DNA of 64,000 nt from Myxococcota bacterium. Its GTDB lineage: Bacteria > Myxococcota_A > UBA9042 > PHBI01 > JAWLBL01. Below are positions 62,156 to 64,000 of the stretch, in pieces (the stretch's first letter is position 1; the number at the start of each line of letters is the position of its first letter). Location: assembly GCA_041687695.1 (NCBI GenBank), contig JAWLBL010000004.1:224001-288000 (forward strand), in the 5' to 3' direction. The position numbers and the translations under genes were made by a program. Under the pieces are notes generated by a model. That model saw only the letters and a program-made list of their open reading frames with translations, was not told where the DNA came from and ran no database searches.

Positions 62156-63013
62156 ATGAACCAGCAAACCGACCGGGTCATTCGCGCGATCACCGACGAC
62201 GGCGCGTTTCGTGTCATCGCCCTGCGCGGGACCGACACCGTCCGCGGCGTCCTGGCCGCCCAGAAGGCCACCGGCGAGCACGCCGCGCTGCTCGGCGAGC
62301 TGCTGCTCGCGGCGGTGATGGTGCGCGAGACGATGGCGCCGGGGCTGCGGGTGCAGGTCATGCTCAAGGGCGCCGAGCGCGGCAGCCTGGTCGCCGACTC
62401 GCACCCGGACGGGATGACGCGGGGCCTGGCGCAGCTGCCCGAGGGGCACCGCGTCGCGCTGACCGAGGGGGCGCTGCTGCAGGTCGTGCGGACCATGCCG
62501 CGGGCCGAGCTGCACCAGAGCATCGTCGAGGCCAGCGGGGACAAGGGCATCTCGGGCGCGCTGATGCGCTACATGCAGGAGTCCGAGCAGGTCGTGTCGA
62601 TGCTGCGCGTCGCCTGCGTCTTCGGCGACGACGGCGCGCTGGTCTCGGCCGGTGGCTTCATCGTGCAGCTGCTGCCCGAGGTGAGCGAGGGGCCGCTGAT
62701 GCTGATGACCGAGCGCCTGAACGACTTCGACAGCATCGACCGGCTGCTGGTCGAGCACGATGCGGACCCGGCGGTGCTGCTGGGCGAGGTGCTGTACCGG
62801 TATCCGCACCAGCTGCTGATGGAGCGGCCCATCCACGCGGGCTGCAACTGCAGCAGCGTGCGCGTCATCGGGGCGCTGGCCACCCTCGGCCACGCCGAGC
62901 TGACCGACATGGTGGCCGAGGGCAAGACCCTGGACATCGAGTGCGACTACTGCGGCCGCAGCTACCAGGTGGGGACCGAGCAGCTGCGCACGCTGACCGA
63001 GCCGCCGAGCTGA
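62156..63013 (+). CDS. hslO: Hsp33 redox-regulated chaperone
   Basis: YMQESEQ, AGGFIVQLLP, CNCS…ECDYC zinc centre. Confidence 0.92.
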   Translation: MNQQTDRVIRAITDDGAFRVIALRGTDTVRGVLAAQKATGEHAALLGELLLAAVMVRETMAPGLRVQVMLKGAERGSLVADSHPDGMTRGLAQLPEGHRVALTEGALLQVVRTMPRAELHQSIVEASGDKGISGALMRYMQESEQVVSMLRVACVFGDDGALVSAGGFIVQLLPEVSEGPLMLMTERLNDFDSIDRLLVEHDADPAVLLGEVLYRYPHQLLMERPIHAGCNCSSVRVIGALATLGHAELTDMVAEGKTLDIECDYCGRSYQVGTEQLRTLTEPPS

Positions 63014-63135
63014 GTCGGGGCGGCCGGGGGCCGCGGCGCGGGGGTGGTGGGGAGGTGGGTGTTGCGCCTGACCCGCGTAGGGCTTAGGCTCGGCGCTCGT
63101 CTCCCCTTGCCGTAGCTCGTCCCCTGGAGGTGCCG

Positions 63136-64000
63136 GTGCGCTCGCTCACCGGGCTGCTCGCCGCCACGATGGTCCTCCTGGCCGGTCCGCCGAGCGTCCG
63201 CGCGGCCCACTTCCGGGTCGAGTCGGAGACCATCGGCGACGCCTACCAGCTCGTCACGAGCGACGACGAGCTGGTCAACCGGCGGCGGCTGCACCAGTAC
63301 CTGGGCTTCGGCGCCTACGACCTGACCGGCGACGGGTCGAACGCGCTGTCGGTGGTCACGCTGATGCGCTTCGACGCGGATCTCGGGCTGACCGACGAGG
63401 ACGTCGCGCGGGTCGACGTCTTCCGCGAGCACCAGCTGTCCATCCAGACCGCCTACGTGCGCGGGCAGGGGCTGTTCGGGCGCCTGGACTTCAAGCTCGG
63501 GCGCTTCCTGCACTCCGATCCCATCGACTACCTGATGATGGACGGGCTGGTCGCGACCGTGCGGCTGCCGTGGCGGCTGGGGCTCGAGCTGCTGGCCGGC
63601 TACGAGGCCGACAACCACGTCGGCGATCTCACCGCCTCGCAGTTCGAGCTGGACGGCGTGCGCTACGTCGAGGGCGTCCACCCGGACGGCCCGTCGACCG
63701 CGCTGGGCGCCGCGCTGCTGTTCGACGCGCCCTGGGACACCCGGGCCCGCATCGGGTACCGGCGGCTGTTCTCGGGCGAGGACGACGAGGTCGACCAGGA
63801 GAAGATCGGAGCCGCGCTCTACCAGCACCTGGGCCCGGTGCACCTGTACGGGACGGGCTCCTTCGATCTGTACAACCGGCTGGTCGACCGCGTGCACGCC
63901 GGCGCCCGCTGGCAGGTGACCGACGCCTGGGATCTCGAGGGGCAGTACGTCCGGCTGCGACCCACCTTCGACGCCGACAGCATCTTCAACGTCTTCTCGA
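63136..64000 (+). CDS. Hypothetical secreted/outer-membrane beta-strand protein, truncated at the window end
   Basis: GTG after GGAGG; TTGCGC-17-TAGGCT upstream; signal peptide then AHFRVESETIGDAYQL…RRRLHQYL…; open to 64000. Confidence 0.7.
   Translation, partial: MRSLTGLLAATMVLLAGPPSVRAAHFRVESETIGDAYQLVTSDDELVNRRRLHQYLGFGAYDLTGDGSNALSVVTLMRFDADLGLTDEDVARVDVFREHQLSIQTAYVRGQGLFGRLDFKLGRFLHSDPIDYLMMDGLVATVRLPWRLGLELLAGYEADNHVGDLTASQFELDGVRYVEGVHPDGPSTALGAALLFDAPWDTRARIGYRRLFSGEDDEVDQEKIGAALYQHLGPVHLYGTGSFDLYNRLVDRVHAGARWQVTDAWDLEGQYVRLRPTFDADSIFNVFS

Overview
This is a very GC-rich (visibly >70%) bacterial chromosome segment. Gene content and order suggest a Myxococcota/deltaproteobacterial-type organism (inference). 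It holds about 49 protein-coding genes. Housekeeping blocks: yceD-rpmF-rpiB-nrdR-ribD-ribE-[lipoprotein]-ribH-nusB; dapD-dapE; an acyl-CoA carboxylase beta/alpha pair; tilS-ftsH-folP-glmM-nnr; rpsA; clpP; hslO. These are interleaved with many secreted or lipoprotein genes rich in Cys/Ca-binding repeats (CDGLDNDC-repeat + Kelch, CDDGNPCT-repeat + CAP, Ig-like + vWA, VIT-vWA, triple lamin-tail, TSP3-OmpA), a triple-DsbA protein and a lipoprotein cyclophilin. I recognised no tRNA, rRNA, transposase, integrase or cas genes. Most notable: (1) the plsX/fab/acpP block and acpS are cleanly absent from the two conserved operons that usually carry them; (2) an intergenic array of ~8 palindrome-containing 42-44 bp units; (3) an AT-rich perfect 27-bp inverted repeat; (4) two apparent pseudo-enzymes (acyl-CoA synthetase-like and HtrA-like); (5) a stand-alone secretin-N0-like protein; (6) an FtsH with a duplicated periplasmic domain; (7) a 54-aa ORF missed by the ORF track. 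All calls come from reading motifs by eye; no searches were run.
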